Origin: Octopus bimaculoides
Taxonomy: Eukaryota
NCBI RefSeq assembly: GCF_001194135.2
Contig: NC_068992.1
Location: forward strand, 63,345,821 to 63,404,150
Direction: 5' to 3'
DNA length: 58,330 bases
The notes under the pieces were generated by a model. It made no database searches, had not been told where the DNA came from, and was given only the letters and a program-made list of their open reading frames with translations. Positions 13,546-25,935 of this stretch are shown one piece after another; position 1 is the stretch's first letter, and each line of letters starts with the position of its first letter. The translations under genes and the position numbers were made by a program.

Positions 13546-15142
13546 CTATAAAATGAATGGAAATTGCAACGTATGAACAAAGAATGAAAAAGGTTTGCTT
13601 TCAAAGTTTGTTCTTTTAGCCTTCGGATACCAACCTGCCTGAGACACACTACAAACTTCCTGTTTTAACCCTTCAGAATTAAAGTTTCTGTATCAAATGT
13701 AATACGTTTTTATCCACATTGTTGTCAATTGATCATGTATTATATTGTAGCTTCACTCCGAGAGTGTAGTGGGTGCTGCCGGTGGCACGTAAAAGCACCC
13801 ACTACACTCTCGGAGTGGTTGGCGTTAGGAAGGGCATCCAGCTGTAGAAAATTTGCCAAATCAGATTGGAGCTTGGTGTAGCCATCTGGTTCACCAGTCC
13901 TCAGTCAAATCGTCCAACCCATGCCAGCATGGAAAGCGGACGTTAAACGATGATGATGAACGATGATATTTCAATTGTGTGTTTGTATATTTTTGAATGA
14001 CATTATAGGGTAGGCGTAAGAGGTTGGATCAGGTCAGTTTTAACATAAAACAGGTAGAATATTCTGGCTGGATTAAATGCTAAAGGGTGAAAGAGACCAC
14101 AGTATTTTCTGGTATACAAGTCGAATTTTGCAGACCAGTCAAGAGCTTTTAGTGAGATGTTAGTTATCTCTTGTCTCAACAATGAACCAATCCTTAGGAG
14201 AGGCTTCTATGTTGTAACTCAACCTGCTAAAAATAGCAGCCAAATTTCCTTCAAATTACATCCTACCAACATAAAAAGGAGGAAACGTAACAATAGATAG
14301 TATAGATCTAGATATCTCTTAACCCTTTTCTTACCATATTTCTGTTGAAATATGTTACTCGTTTCAATTAATTTTGAAAACAATGAAAAATTTAGTGAAA
14401 ATAACTTTGTCATTATCAAGGTGGTGTTTGAAAGATAAATTAACATGAAATTTTGATTGGAAGTTTTAATATAGTTCCATTTGAAATAGGAACGCTGTGT
14501 CACAGGACCATGGAGCAGTCTCATGTGCATTGGTACCAAAAGGGCTAAGGAAAGGTCACCGATGGAATGCTTCTGATCAGAGCTCTACTTGATCAAGGTT
14601 AGCCCAGGGCTAAACAAATAAAATGTCTTTTTAAAAAAAAGTTTCCCAAGACACTCAGGGAGGCCTTTATGTGGTCATTGACTTGCTGAAAATAGCAATC
14701 GAATTTCACTTTATGATTTTAAAAGAGAAGGGACAAATTGTATCAGAAACTAAGATGAGATGGTCATGGCAGGAAGGCCTTTGATCATAAGTCTGTCCAT
14801 CCTCGTGGCTGAGCTTAGACTCAATAACAACTTTTACAGATGATTTGCCTTCAGTCAGTTTTAGAAAGATGGAAGACACTCAAAGACAATGGAAGGCTTT
14901 CTCTCTTTCTCTCCCTATTTCTTTTGCCCTCTCTCTCTCTCTCTCTGTGACAAACACACCCACATTCATAAGTACATTCTCCACACACACACACAAGCCA
15001 CCCAAAGGAGGTTTCACACAGATCCACACAACCATCAAAAATAACAAACAGCAGCTATGTTGCCCTTGTATCACCACCACCACCATCACACAGACAATAT
15101 ATTGTTACACCAGAAGACATTTATAAAGAGAATCCAGGTTAC

Positions 15143-15241
15143 CTTTCTGGCTGATCCAAGGCCATCTTTTAGTAACTTTTATTGCTGGGAACCACAGATA
15201 CAGCAGAGTCAGCAACCACACCAAAAAGATACCAAAGCCAA
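15143..15241 (-). CDS. GLT8D1: GLT8D1-like coding exon 2 (signal-anchor; GFGIFLVWLLTLLYLWFPAIKVTKRWPWISQK)
   Basis: Acceptor ttttgtacag and donor gtaacc; phase 1 to 1. The only open frame is a hydrophobic helix, as expected for a Golgi type II enzyme. Confidence 0.85.
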
Positions 15242-15681
15242 CTGTACAAAATAAATAAATAAATATATAGTTACCATTGTTATTATTTCAAATTTTGGCA
15301 CAAGGCCAGCAATTTTGAAGGAGGGGGTTAGTCAATTACATCATCTGACTGTTCTGCAAAGGACCAACAACATGGTCACCAGCAAGTTGTAGGTTTAACA
15401 GTAGGGAGGCCTTCTAAATGAATTGCCTCACAGGGCTGGAGAACTCCACCTAGCCTAGCACTGTCAGAAGAGCATCAAAGAAAGCACTGAGCTTCCTGGG
15501 GGAAACCACTTCAAGAGTGACTCCCCAAGCCTTTCCTGTCCCAAGGTACTCTCACAAAGCAATGAAGTATCAGTGGCATAGAGACAGGAGATTTACCTCC
15601 CCCCCCCCCACCACCATACTTCTTTGAACAACTGCCAGTCTTCTCCAAAAAAAAAAATCTAGCCCAGGTGAGATGTAAATA

Positions 15682-15900
15682 TCATCATCATCGTTTAACG
15701 TCCGCTTTCCATGCTAGCATGGGTTGGACGATTTGACTGAGGATTGGTGAAACCGGATGGCTACACCAGGCTCCAATCTGATTTGGCAGAGTTTCTACAG
15801 CTGGATGCCCTTCCTAATGCCAATCACTCAGAGAGTGTAGTGGGTGCTTTTACGTGCCACCCGAACGAGGCCAGTCAGGCGGTACTGGCAACGGCCACGC
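15682..15900 (+). repeat. Dispersed repeat family C ((CAT)n-tailed, SINE/RTE-tail-like)
   Basis: catcatcatcgtttaacgtccgctttccatgctagcatgggttgg..gctggatgcccttcctaa..gtgggtgcttttacgtgccacc. Copies at about 2100(-), 13755(-), 16120(-), 28500(-), 38040(-), 43840 and 52720. Confidence 0.85.
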
Positions 15901-18762
15901 TCACACACACAAATAATAAGGGTGGCTTGTTGTAACTTTTTCCACTGAAAGGCAAAAATATATGCGTCACTAAAGCCACTAGTCAGCACCAGTATTGCTA
16001 GAAATAAGAGTCAACACAACTCATAGCCACGATAAGCAATAATTTAATGACTGACAAGGGAGGTATTATATATATGTAAATGACATCCGTGAAATCGTAG
16101 TCGAGGACGTTGCTGGTGTCAAGTAAATGGAACGTAAAAAGCAACCATTACACTCCTGGAGTTGTTGGCATTAGGAAGGTCATCCAGCCATAGAAACCAT
16201 GCCAAATCAGACTGGAACCTGGTGCAGCTTTTCGGCTTACCAGTTGCAGTCGCACCATCTAACCCATGCCAGCATGGAAAGTAGACGTTAAATGATGATG
16301 ATGGTATATAAACAGATATATAATCAATTTTGAGCCATAGGAACTCAATGTCAGACGTGGACATTGTAGATGTAAACCACAAGGCCCCCCTCCTATTGGA
16401 TTACATCAAACCCCCAGTTCTCAATTGGTATTTATTTTATCCACCCTGAATGAATGAATGAATGACAATGTCGACGTCGGCAACACTTGAACTCGCTAAA
16501 CACATAATAGCATCAGCATTAACGACTCCCGTCAAGACATTGTTAGGTTTCCTATAGAGACAAACAGGAGTCTCAGAAAATATCGTTTCGCTCATTGTTT
16601 TTCTTTTTTCTTTTTTATGTTCATTTTCAAACACAAGATTGTATCTGGCTTTCCTCCTCCCCTTTAATGAAAGAAAAACTTAGTATACAGCTGGAGAGGC
16701 TTTAATCATAAGCCTGCTTAATAATCAATAATAATAATGAGCCAATGTGGGAACCAACCGCTGTGTGGTCGCTTGACTTGCTAAAAATAGCAGCCATATC
16801 TAACCTCAATGTCACTCTACCATATTAAAAGATAACATACTGGATAATGTAGTCAAAGGGGGTTGGAAAAGGATGTTATGGTCACGACCGGATCGCATTT
16901 GATCATGAAAATTGACGAGGTTAAACAACGACGACAAAACAAAAGACCGCTTTGAAAGAGAGGAATAATGAGAATATGTGAGAGTTCGTTAATTACTCAG
17001 TGACGACACAGTTTAAATACTGGCAGCAAGGGGTGGGAGAGGTGGAGGAGGAAACATCAAAAGAAAATTTCCGTCATGGCTTCTTTTTATTTTCTTTGTT
17101 ATTGCAACTATTTCCTGCCGTCTTCAGAGACGACGACAAGAAGAGTTAAAGAAATTCTGGCAACTGTGAAAAATTACGTCGTAAATTCTAAGAAATGAGG
17201 AATCTATAAAAACTATCACAGTTTATTTGAAATACCGAAACGAAAATGAAATGTTTATTATTGGTGCGAGAAAAATTAATTAAAAACAACGTTTAAAAAA
17301 GTCATATCAAATCTAAGATGTAATGGTGTATAAGAGAGGAATCAACCGAAATTACGGACTTTATATGATGTTAACAATCATTGCAATAACACATCTATAA
17401 TAAACATTATTTTGTTTTCGTTGTTGGGGGTGTGTAAAAAAAAAAAGTACTGGGGGGTGGGGAGTCGCGTCACTGTCCCTCGTTTCTTCCAAATTACGCC
17501 GTGTAATTCTGCACATTTACCGAAATATTCTGACACGGCGATGGAAGACTAAACTTAGACAAACCACAGCGAGAAAAATTTGGTGAGAGAGAGAGAACAT
17601 TTTCTAGAATAACGGTGGTTTTGGTATGGTACCTCCTGCCAGCTCTAAGACATGTGTCACGGAAAGAAGCTGAGTCAACAAATTAGTGGTGGGAATTCCA
17701 AACGAGGGACTCTCCATGTGTCAAGATTTCTGACAAATGGTCCTTATTTAAAACTCGGTGGGAAATTGCTAGGCTAAGCATATGGACTCAGTTTGTAGAA
17801 TCAGCACCTTTGTCAAATATAATGCTTATTTACTCATATTGTTGTGGATTCAACATGCATTATCTCGTAATTTTAAGGTGGCGAACTGGTAAAATCGTTT
17901 GCACACCGGAAAAATACCTAGCGGCATTTCGTCCGTCTTATGTTCTGAGTTCAAATTCCGCTGGGGTCAAATTTGCTTTTCATCCTTTTAGGATCGGTAA
18001 TTAGGTACCAGTTGAGCAGTATGGTCGATATAATTGACTTAACCCTCCCCAAAAGAATTTCAGGCCTTGTGCTCGGAGTAGAAAGGATTATTTCGTAGCG
18101 TTGAGATTTCGATTAATGCGATTGTTTATTTTTATAATGAGTTGCAGGATATGTGTTAGAGGCTAGATTTGGCCAGTTTGAATATAAAACAGAGAGACTA
18201 TATGGGACGGACATGGTCGGTTTGAAAGCTAAAGAGTAGGGGTAAAGTTTAACATAAGTTTTTGTGTTTATCTATGGGAGTAGTGAATGAGTGAGTAACA
18301 GAAATTTGTATGTTCTGACGGCAGAAAAGTAACAACTCCGAATTATAAACATTATTAAAGTTGTCTGTATGCTACGTCTAGGAATACATGTGTGTGTGTG
18401 AAAAGAGAGAGATAAACGTGAGAACTGTGACGGAACGTGCTGATTATAGTAAACAAAGATAAGTGATAAAGGAAGAACGAAAGTACAAGGAACAAAGAGA
18501 AATGTAAAGTGTTATATATATATATGTGTGTGTGTGTGTTCTAGTGAGTGTTTAACGAAAATGGCATTCAATACATTTGGTACAAGTTAGAAATATAATT
18601 TAACAAAAGTTTGACTCAGCTCCATAAAAAGTTTCGCAGGTTCGTGGAACGAACATATTTTGTCAAGCATCAAGAAGATAAATAAAGTGAACAGCTGATT
18701 AAAAAGATTTATACAAGTGAAAAGCCTTTTTTTTTAAAAAAATGATTTGTTTATCAACTTAC

Positions 18763-18787
18763 CTCGTCTGACAGTCAAAACACCCAT
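18763..18787 (-). CDS. GLT8D1: GLT8D1-like coding exon 1 (MGVLTVRR)
   Basis: aaaATGG start, gtaagt donor, and phase 1 matching exon 2. Gives a short basic cytoplasmic tail. No homology support at this length. Confidence 0.65.
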
Positions 18788-19023
18788 TTTATGACAGTTT
18801 ATGAGTAGAAAACAACTATAGAGTCAATGTATTGTTTACTGGGCTCATGTCAACAACACCAAGAGCATGAGACGAACACGTAGGCACATGTCAGCAAATG
18901 GGAAGAAGAAATAATAATATTTAAATAAAACAAAATTTGGAGAAAATCAACAACAAAAAACGTGTCACTGGATCCGGAAACGGTGTAAGCAATAAACTTG
19001 TTCCGTCTGTATATAATAACTCA

Positions 19024-19300
19024 CCTTGGCAAACATTCGATATAAATACCCTTTTATAGTGAGTGAATGTGTGAATGATTGACAGAAAAAAAAGAGGCGG
19101 GGTATGTATGTATCTATACATGTAAATTTGACATGGGCGATTCTTTCTTGTCTTGGGATTCACGATCAAACGGCTGGGTGGAATTACGCGAAAAATTACA
19201 CAGATGTGTAGAATGATCCGATGGTGATGCTGGGCTTTGTATTTTTTCATAGCTCCCATGGTTACCGAGGTAATCTGCTATAATAATACTCTTGTGTTTA
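19024..19300 (-). other. Possible 5' non-coding exon of the GLT8D1-like gene (5' boundary approximate)
   Basis: Strong donor CAAG|gtgagt at 19023 in a non-repetitive, CpG-containing segment, with a candidate acceptor at 18816 just upstream of the ATG. Inference only. Confidence 0.35.
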
Positions 19301-21664
19301 CGAATGAGAAAGGTTGGGGGTGATGTCATGGTCGGTAGTGGGATGATGAAAATTGTACGCTGAAAAATAAATCAAACAGCGTTTCAACTCTGTGTGAATA
19401 TATATGTGTGCATGTAAAGGAGGGGGTATGTGAATGTGTGTGTGTGTGCTTGTGTGTGCGTATGCGTGTGCGAGCGCAATGGAAGTGGGATGGTACATCT
19501 TTATTTGCTTCGTATTTGGGTTTATTTTTTGATTTGGTTGAATCTTGGCTTGTTTTTTTTATGTTGGTCAGATATTTTTAGCGTTTTGGAATGGAACTAT
19601 ACTCCAAGTACTTTTTCTTCTTTGTTTTTTCTTCTCTGGATCGCTCTCATTTCTTACTGCAAATCTCCTCATACAGATTTAATAATCCTTAACTTCTACT
19701 ATTACCATCTCCGATGAAGGGATACATCGAATTTTCCCTGAAACAGCTGTAAGACATTCTACATAAAATATAAATTTATTTATGGCATTGGTCTCTTTAT
19801 CTCATTCTTATTTTTTTGTTATATATATATATATATATATNNNNNNNNNNNNNNNNNNNNNNNNNNNNNNNNNNNNNNNNNNNNNNNNNNNNNNNNNNNN
19901 NNNNNNNNNNNNNNNNNNNNNNNNNNNNNNNNNNNNNNNNNNNNNNNNNNNNNNNNNNNNNNNNNNNNNNNNNNNNNNNNNNNNNNNNNNNNNNNNNNNN
20001 NNNNNNNNNNNNNNNNNNNNNNNNNNNNNNNNNNNNNNNNNNNNNNNNNNNNNNNNNNNNNNNNNNNNNNNNNNNNNNNNNNNNNNNNNNNNNNNNNNNN
20101 NNNNNNNNNNNNNNNNNNNNNNNNNNNNNNNNNNNNNNNNNNNNNNNNNNNNNNNNNNNNNNNNNNNNNNNNNNNNNNNNNNNNNNNNNNNNNNNNNNNN
20201 NNNNNNNNNNNNNNNNNNNNNNNNNNNNNNNNNNNNNNNNNNNNNNNNNNNNNNNNNNNNNNNNNNNNNNNNNNNNNNNNNNNNNNNNNNNNNNNNNNNN
20301 NNNNNNNNNNNNNNNNNNNNNNNNNNNNNNNNNNNNNNNNNNNNNNNNNNNNNNNNNNNNNNNNNNNNNNNNNNNNNNNNNNNNNNNNNNNNNNNNNNNN
20401 NNNNNNNNNNNNNNNNNNNNNNNNNNNNNNNNNNNNNNNNNNNNNNNNNNNNNNNNNNNNNNNNNNNNNNNNNNNNNNNNNNNNNNNNNNNNNNNNNNNN
20501 NNNNNNNNNNNNNNNNNNNNNNNNNNNNNNNNNNNNNNNNNNNNNNNNNNNNNNNNNNNNNNNNNNNNNNNNNNNNNNNNNNNNNNNNNNNNNNNNNNNN
20601 NNNNNNNNNNNNNNNNNNNNNNNNNNNNNNNNNNNNNNNNNNNNNNNNNNNNNNNNNNNNNNNNNNNNNNNNNNNNNNNNNNNNNNNNNNNNNNNNNNNN
20701 NNNNNNNNNNNNNNNNNNNNNNNNNNNNNNNNNNNNNNNNNNNNNNNNNNNNNNNNNNNNNNNNNNNNNNNNTATATATATATATATATATATGTATATT
20801 ACAAATTTTCACTACCTTACAAAAACTATACCAGCGAAGCAAATGACGTTCTCTAATTGCATTAAAAACATTATAACATGATCTGATCAGTATTTCAGAA
20901 AATAATCGCCGCTCTCTTTGAGTATATAAAAGGCAAATTTAGCTGGGACAAAACGAGTAAGCCAAGATAAAGTAAATTTGCCAATCCAATTCTCCAGGAT
21001 CACATTCGAAAACAGACCCATATACATCAATATCCATTCCTATACGTCAGAATGGGGGAAAGAAAATTAAATATCTAGGTTAATTGAAAGAAGATCACGG
21101 GGAAATTGAATATGATATGAAATTAACGAAACTCGACTAAATAAAACAGACTAAAGATAAAATATTCTCTGTAGCTTTTCCGCTATCTGCTGGAGTGTCT
21201 TCGCGATATATTTACACGCGACGCAGTTAAAGGGAAGTAATTATTGAAATTTAAACTACTCATTTTCCATATTTTAGACATCATTCCTTGAAACGTGAAA
21301 ATTATTAAATTAGACATTAGTGTGAGAAACAGTTGAGTTGGAATCCAACAGAGAAAAAAATATTGTTAAACACTAAAAACTATCCAGACATTTTATTAGC
21401 AACTTCAGTTACAATCCTGCTAAAGTTGAGCAAAAATTTCTTGAAAAAAAAGAAGTAGTGGTCATTTGACTATGTACCTGGCTCTTCCAGCTTCAACAAC
21501 TACGGAGACCAATTTTTTACTCCTAAAGATGGTGTAGCGATACAAAGTGAAGGATGCAATACTTGCAATGTAATAATTTCAAAGAAATAAAGAAAAAATA
21601 ACAGAAGAATAAGAAATTACTCATTTTGCCCCACCTCATATCTTAGACTATATTTTAAAAAAAA

Positions 21665-21830
21665 GATCAAGTTCTGCTGGGGTGGGCTGGACTTGTCGCA
21701 AGGCTCACAGACAACAGATGGGATCCGTGCACTTTCCGAGTGCATCGGAAAAGACTACTCGGAAAGCTTCCACAACAATGGGAAGACGATTTAGTTAAAC
21801 GATTTTGGTCAATATGGAAAACAGTAGGGT
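21665..21830 (+). mobile_element. RTE-clade LINE 3' fragment in the intergenic region
   Basis: With frameshifts it reads WAGLVARLTDNRW..RAL..GK..LGKLPQQWEDDLVKRF, resembling the RTE consensus WAGHVAR..D.RW..RGRP..RW.DD. Confidence 0.7.
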
Positions 21831-22139
21831 AACGAGGGAAGAGTTGGAAGCGCATTGTGACCAGTGGTGTACAACAACTTGTAAAAAGCCTGGTCGATGC
21901 AGTAATATATTAACAAATGTGAACTGCACTCTTCAAAAACAGCAGAATATAATTTGAGGAGAAATGTGCTATTTCTAGCCTGTCGATCAACCATGTAAAG
22001 CAGGTATGGGCAACCTTTCCCGAGAAGCGGGTAGAACTACGAAGAAAATAACAGATTTTTCGTTCGGCGTGCCATTCATAAAGCGATTGAAGCCTCAGGC
22101 ATCGCAAACCCGATTTAAAGGTCCCCAAGGTTTGGTTCG

Positions 22140-22225
22140 TCTAAGGGAAGTAACCCCCCTTGTGATATCCGGCTTCACTAGGAAGTAACTCTTCAATCTC
22201 AACACGTCTCTACACGTGTTGATCA
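22140..22225 (+). promoter_or_regulatory. Putative NOP2 proximal promoter motifs
   Basis: GGAAGTAAC twice (22146, 22181; ETS-like core) and an E-box CACGTG (22213-22218) in a CpG-containing non-repeat segment within 160 nt of the ATG. Confidence 0.3.
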
Positions 22226-22301
22226 CTAGTAGTTAATCGTAACGATTATTTTATTTATTTTATTCCATTTTTAAATCAAATTAATTAAAACACACACAGA
22301 C

Positions 22302-22395
22302 ATGGGACGGAAAAGAGATTTGGAACGGCCCAAATCAGGACCTGGCAGAAAAACTAAAAAACAATCAGAGCCAAAACTTCCGAAATCTTTACAAG
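22302..22395 (+). CDS. NOP2: NOP2 exon 1 (MGRKRDLERPKSGPGRKTKKQSEPKLPKSLQ)
   Basis: N-terminus resembles human MGRKLDPTKEKRGPGRKARKQ; donor gtaaga; phase 1. Confidence 0.93.
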
Positions 22396-24055
22396 GTAAG
22401 AATTAAACACTGACCCAAGGTGCTTGTCGCATTTCACCACGTGTTTCTGTTTAAAAGTCTCGAGATCATCCTTAAGATATCATCTTCGTACATTATTCTT
22501 ATTTTACACCAATTATTATTTATTCTTCTACTCTAGAATTACTTTTAACTGTCTATTTTTAATTGTCATGGTTTTAAATTGGTGTTTTATTCGATATGAA
22601 GAAAAAGCACAAAATCATTGCAAAGTTAAGTCTTACATTGCCTGGCGCTTGTTTTAAATCGTTTTATCTCATTCATATAATTGGTACTTAAAATTTCTTT
22701 TCTGGTTTTAATTTGGATTGTGACCATGCTGAAGCATCAGCATTCTCAGGTTTATAATTGACCCGTTTATTCATTTCGGTCTAGTACTGATTTTACCCAT
22801 ATTTGGATCGTTTAGTTATGGGACACGCAATCCAAAGGGTTCAATATGTATCCATTTTACCGAAAGTTATGACGGAAAAATCGGATCTTGTAAATTTTCC
22901 TAAAGTCCCCTCGGCGGAGACGGACTATATGTAATCTGAACCTTCCCCCCCCCCCCTTATTTATTAATTTTTTTTACGGAATCCCACGTTTTAGGCTATG
23001 GAGATTCCGATTCTGAAAAAAAATTGTTTGAAAAATTTCAATCCCCCACCCCACCAAGCAGGCTATTTACATGCTAGAAATAACAGTCAAATCTCACAAA
23101 ACTAGGGTTAGGGTTAGGTTTACCCTGTGGATCTATATAAAAACGGGGGGGGGGGGGGTCGAAATTTTGAAATTTTTTTTTCAGAATCGGAATCTCTATA
23201 GCCTAAAACGTCTGATTTGGCATGGTTCCCACAGCTGGATGCCCTTCCTAACACCAACCACTCCAAGAGTGTAATGAATGCTTTTACATACCAGCAGCAT
23301 GAGTGTCAGTTGCATGACACCAGTATCTACCATGACTATCATTTCACTTGGCTTCGTGGGTCTTCTTCTCAAGCACAACATTTTGCCAAAGGTCATGGTC
23401 ACCACCATGAGGCCCAATGCTTGAAAGGTGCTTCATACTTGACCACCAGCACAAGTGCTAGTCACATGACCCCAGCATCAGCCACATTGCTTCCAGGAGG
23501 CCCAACACTCAGAAGCTGCTCTGTACATGCCACCGGCACAGGTGCTAGTTTTGTGTATAAAATAGCGCCGTTTACCTGGTGCAAAGTAAAAGGGATTAAA
23601 AAGAGGTTATACTAATAAATACACAAATAGAGTAAAAGGATTTCTTCATTTGATTCTCTCATAAATTTTGACTAAATGGGCATCCTCCAAAGATGCTGTC
23701 TACCTACACAGTCCTGTGATATCTCCTAACTGCACAACACTGGTACTAACTCATGTCTCAGTGGATTGTATTTCACGTTAGTATCTCCTTACAGTGTAAC
23801 AGAGTGGACTCTTAAAAGCACCCAGGGGCCAAGTCATGGAATTCACCCATCTTAGGGAGTAAGTGTGCTATTCAAGAACAGGAATGGTCATCATCATTTA
23901 ACATCCGCTTTCCATGCTGGCATGAGTTAAATGGTTTGCCTGGAACTGGTAAGCCGGAGAGCTGCACCAGGTTGCAGTGTGACTTGGCATGGTTTCTATG
24001 GCTGGATGCCTTTTCTAATGTTAACCACTCTGAGAGTATAATGGGTGCTTTTTAC

Positions 24056-24404
24056 TTGGAGGGATCGTTGTCAATCATGGCCTGGATCTCACCAACAAAT
24101 TCAAGAGTTCTTTTCTTCGTATCTTTGTAATCACCATTAGACTCATTCAACTCTTTCTGAATCCTCTGCACTGTCCTTAGAATGACACTCATTCTGAAAT
24201 GTTCGTATTGGAGCTTCCAGTGAAAATGCCTGCAGTACAACATGTTGTTTCCAAGTTTCTGGCAGAGTGAATTGCATCATGGTATTTTTCTCACAGACAG
24301 TGCCCAACTGACCCTAATATTCTGTGTCGTTGACAAAATCAAAAGCAATGAGCATGCACAAAATTAAAAATATAGAATGACAATGATGTACCTATAACAC
24401 CCTG
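24056..24404 (-). mobile_element. Tc1/mariner 5' fragment with terminal inverted repeat
   Basis: TA|CAGGGTGT end at 24404. Decayed ORF ..RTVQRIQKELNES..TLEFVGEIQAMIDNDPSK resembles the HTH region of a mariner-like transposase. Confidence 0.7.
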
Positions 24405-24445
<41 letters not shown>

Positions 24446-24636
24446 ATATATATATTATATATATACATACACACCCACATGCAGAATGGGCTGAAGCTAA
24501 AATCATATGTTAGAGAGGTGAACATCTTAACCATGCAGCTTTGTTTCTTGTCTATGCACACACACACACACACACACATTTTTCAAAAGCTTCTGTATTT
24601 GATGTACAACTTGTTTTGTTTTCTGTAATTTTCCAG

Positions 24637-24679
24637 AGAAAAAAGACTTCAATGAATTAAGTCATCGTCAGAAACAGAG
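24637..24679 (+). CDS. NOP2: NOP2 exon 2 (EKKDFNELSHRQKQR)
   Basis: Acceptor ttttccag and donor gtaagc; phase 1 to 2. Confidence 0.85.
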
Positions 24680-24799
24680 GTAAGCAGACAATGTTGTTTT
24701 GTATGTGTGTCTGTTTTATGGGTTTTTTCTTCTTTTTTAATATCTGCCATCATAATTCAATGTCTAACAATTCTGCTGCTTATGTTATGATTATGTGCA

Positions 24800-25935
24800 T
24801 GTTAATCCCTTAACATTCAGATTTACTCTATCATATCTAATCCTTATTAATTCACATTGTTTTGAATTAATCATGCATTATCCTGAAGCTCCAATATTTT
24901 GATCGATGATGTGATTGTTTTCATTTTAGAATGACATTGTAGGACAGGTGTGAGAGGCCAGATTTGGCTGGTTTAAACATAAGACTGGTAGAATATTTGA
25001 GCCAAATATGGCCAGTTTAAATGCTTAAAAGTTTATCAACTAATTAATTATCAAGCGGCTATGTGTAGTATTTATGGTGTAAAAAAGGGTAAAGACCCTC
25101 TTTGGTTATGAATGACCATGGGATTGCACCTAGAAATTTCCTGTCTGAGGTACAAGTCCAGGCAAGGTTGTTTTAGGGAAGACCAGCAGTCACCCATACG
25201 TACCAGCCTCCCCTCTTCACACCACTGATGTTATCCAAGGGAAAGGCAAAGGGGCCGATACAGCTTGGCACCAGTGACATCACAACTTATTTCTCCAGCT
25301 GAGTGAACTGGAGAGTGTCTTGCTCAAGAACACAACACACAGCCCGGTCTGGGAATCGAACTCATTACCTCAAAATTGTGAGCCCGATGCTCTAACCACT
25401 GAGCCATGTGTCTTGGTTCACAGCAAGCATTTTTCTCTTTTATGACATAAAAAAACAATCCCTTAATCTCATGTATGGAAACTGAATAAAACAAGTATTT
25501 ATATTCAGATCACAGAACAAAAGAAAGACAACACATCTCTCTGGACCTCTTTCACTCACATTGTCAAAACACTTGAGAAAAATCATTCTCCGTTTCCTCA
25601 TATCTAATGCACCTCTTAACTTTTAGCGTTCAGATTACTTTGTCAAATGTAATGCTTGTTTATTTACATTGTTGTGAATTAATCATGCATTATCTCATAT
25701 TTTTGAGATTTCAGTGATGTGATTGTGTATTTTCAGAATGACATTGTAGAATAGGTGTGAGAGGCCAGATCTGGCTGGTTTAATAATAAGACTGGTAGAA
25801 TATTTGAGCTGGATATGGCCAATTTAACCCTTTAGCATTCAGATTACTCTGTCAAATATAATGCTTGTTTATTCACATTATTTTGAATTAACCAAGCATC
25901 ATCTCATAGCGTCAAGATTTCAGTGTTGTGATTGC
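24800..25935. mobile_element. Cluster of TTAA-type MITE copies (family D)
   Basis: Unit aaccctttagcattcagattac...tttaaatgctaaagggtt (TIR-like ends), at about 24805-25030 and in tandem at 25615-25935. Further copies at about 12310, 13670, 31285(-), 34075(-), 36730(-) and 43355(-). Confidence 0.7.

Larger units (their letters stand above)
631..18787 (-). other. GLT8D1: GLT8D1/GLT8D2-like glycosyltransferase family 8 gene (span of coding exons; 3' end outside window)
   Basis: Eight GT-AG exons join in consistent phase (25+99+181+118+88+101+167+113 = 892 nt). The product is a type II membrane protein: MGVLTVRR, a hydrophobic anchor, then VHVVLASDENTMGGMIAAMNSI, NYARYYLP, DSD (DxD motif), KPGHIAAFSEDC, CSFNTG and WHTRHLG, all colinear with recalled human GLT8D1. 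GLT8D1 versus GLT8D2 orthology is not resolved. Confidence 0.9.

Noticed and set aside
16437-16634. Minus-strand ORF MSETIFSETPVCLYRK.. within GLT8D1 intron 1
   Set aside because: No family motif, no convincing splice sites, and not needed for the GLT8D1 frame.
19686-19753. TCCTTAAC followed by AC and a gtaag donor, resembling a second U12-flanked exon
   Set aside because: No upstream U12 donor or gene context on this strand. The segment is better explained as a hammerhead-like repeat.
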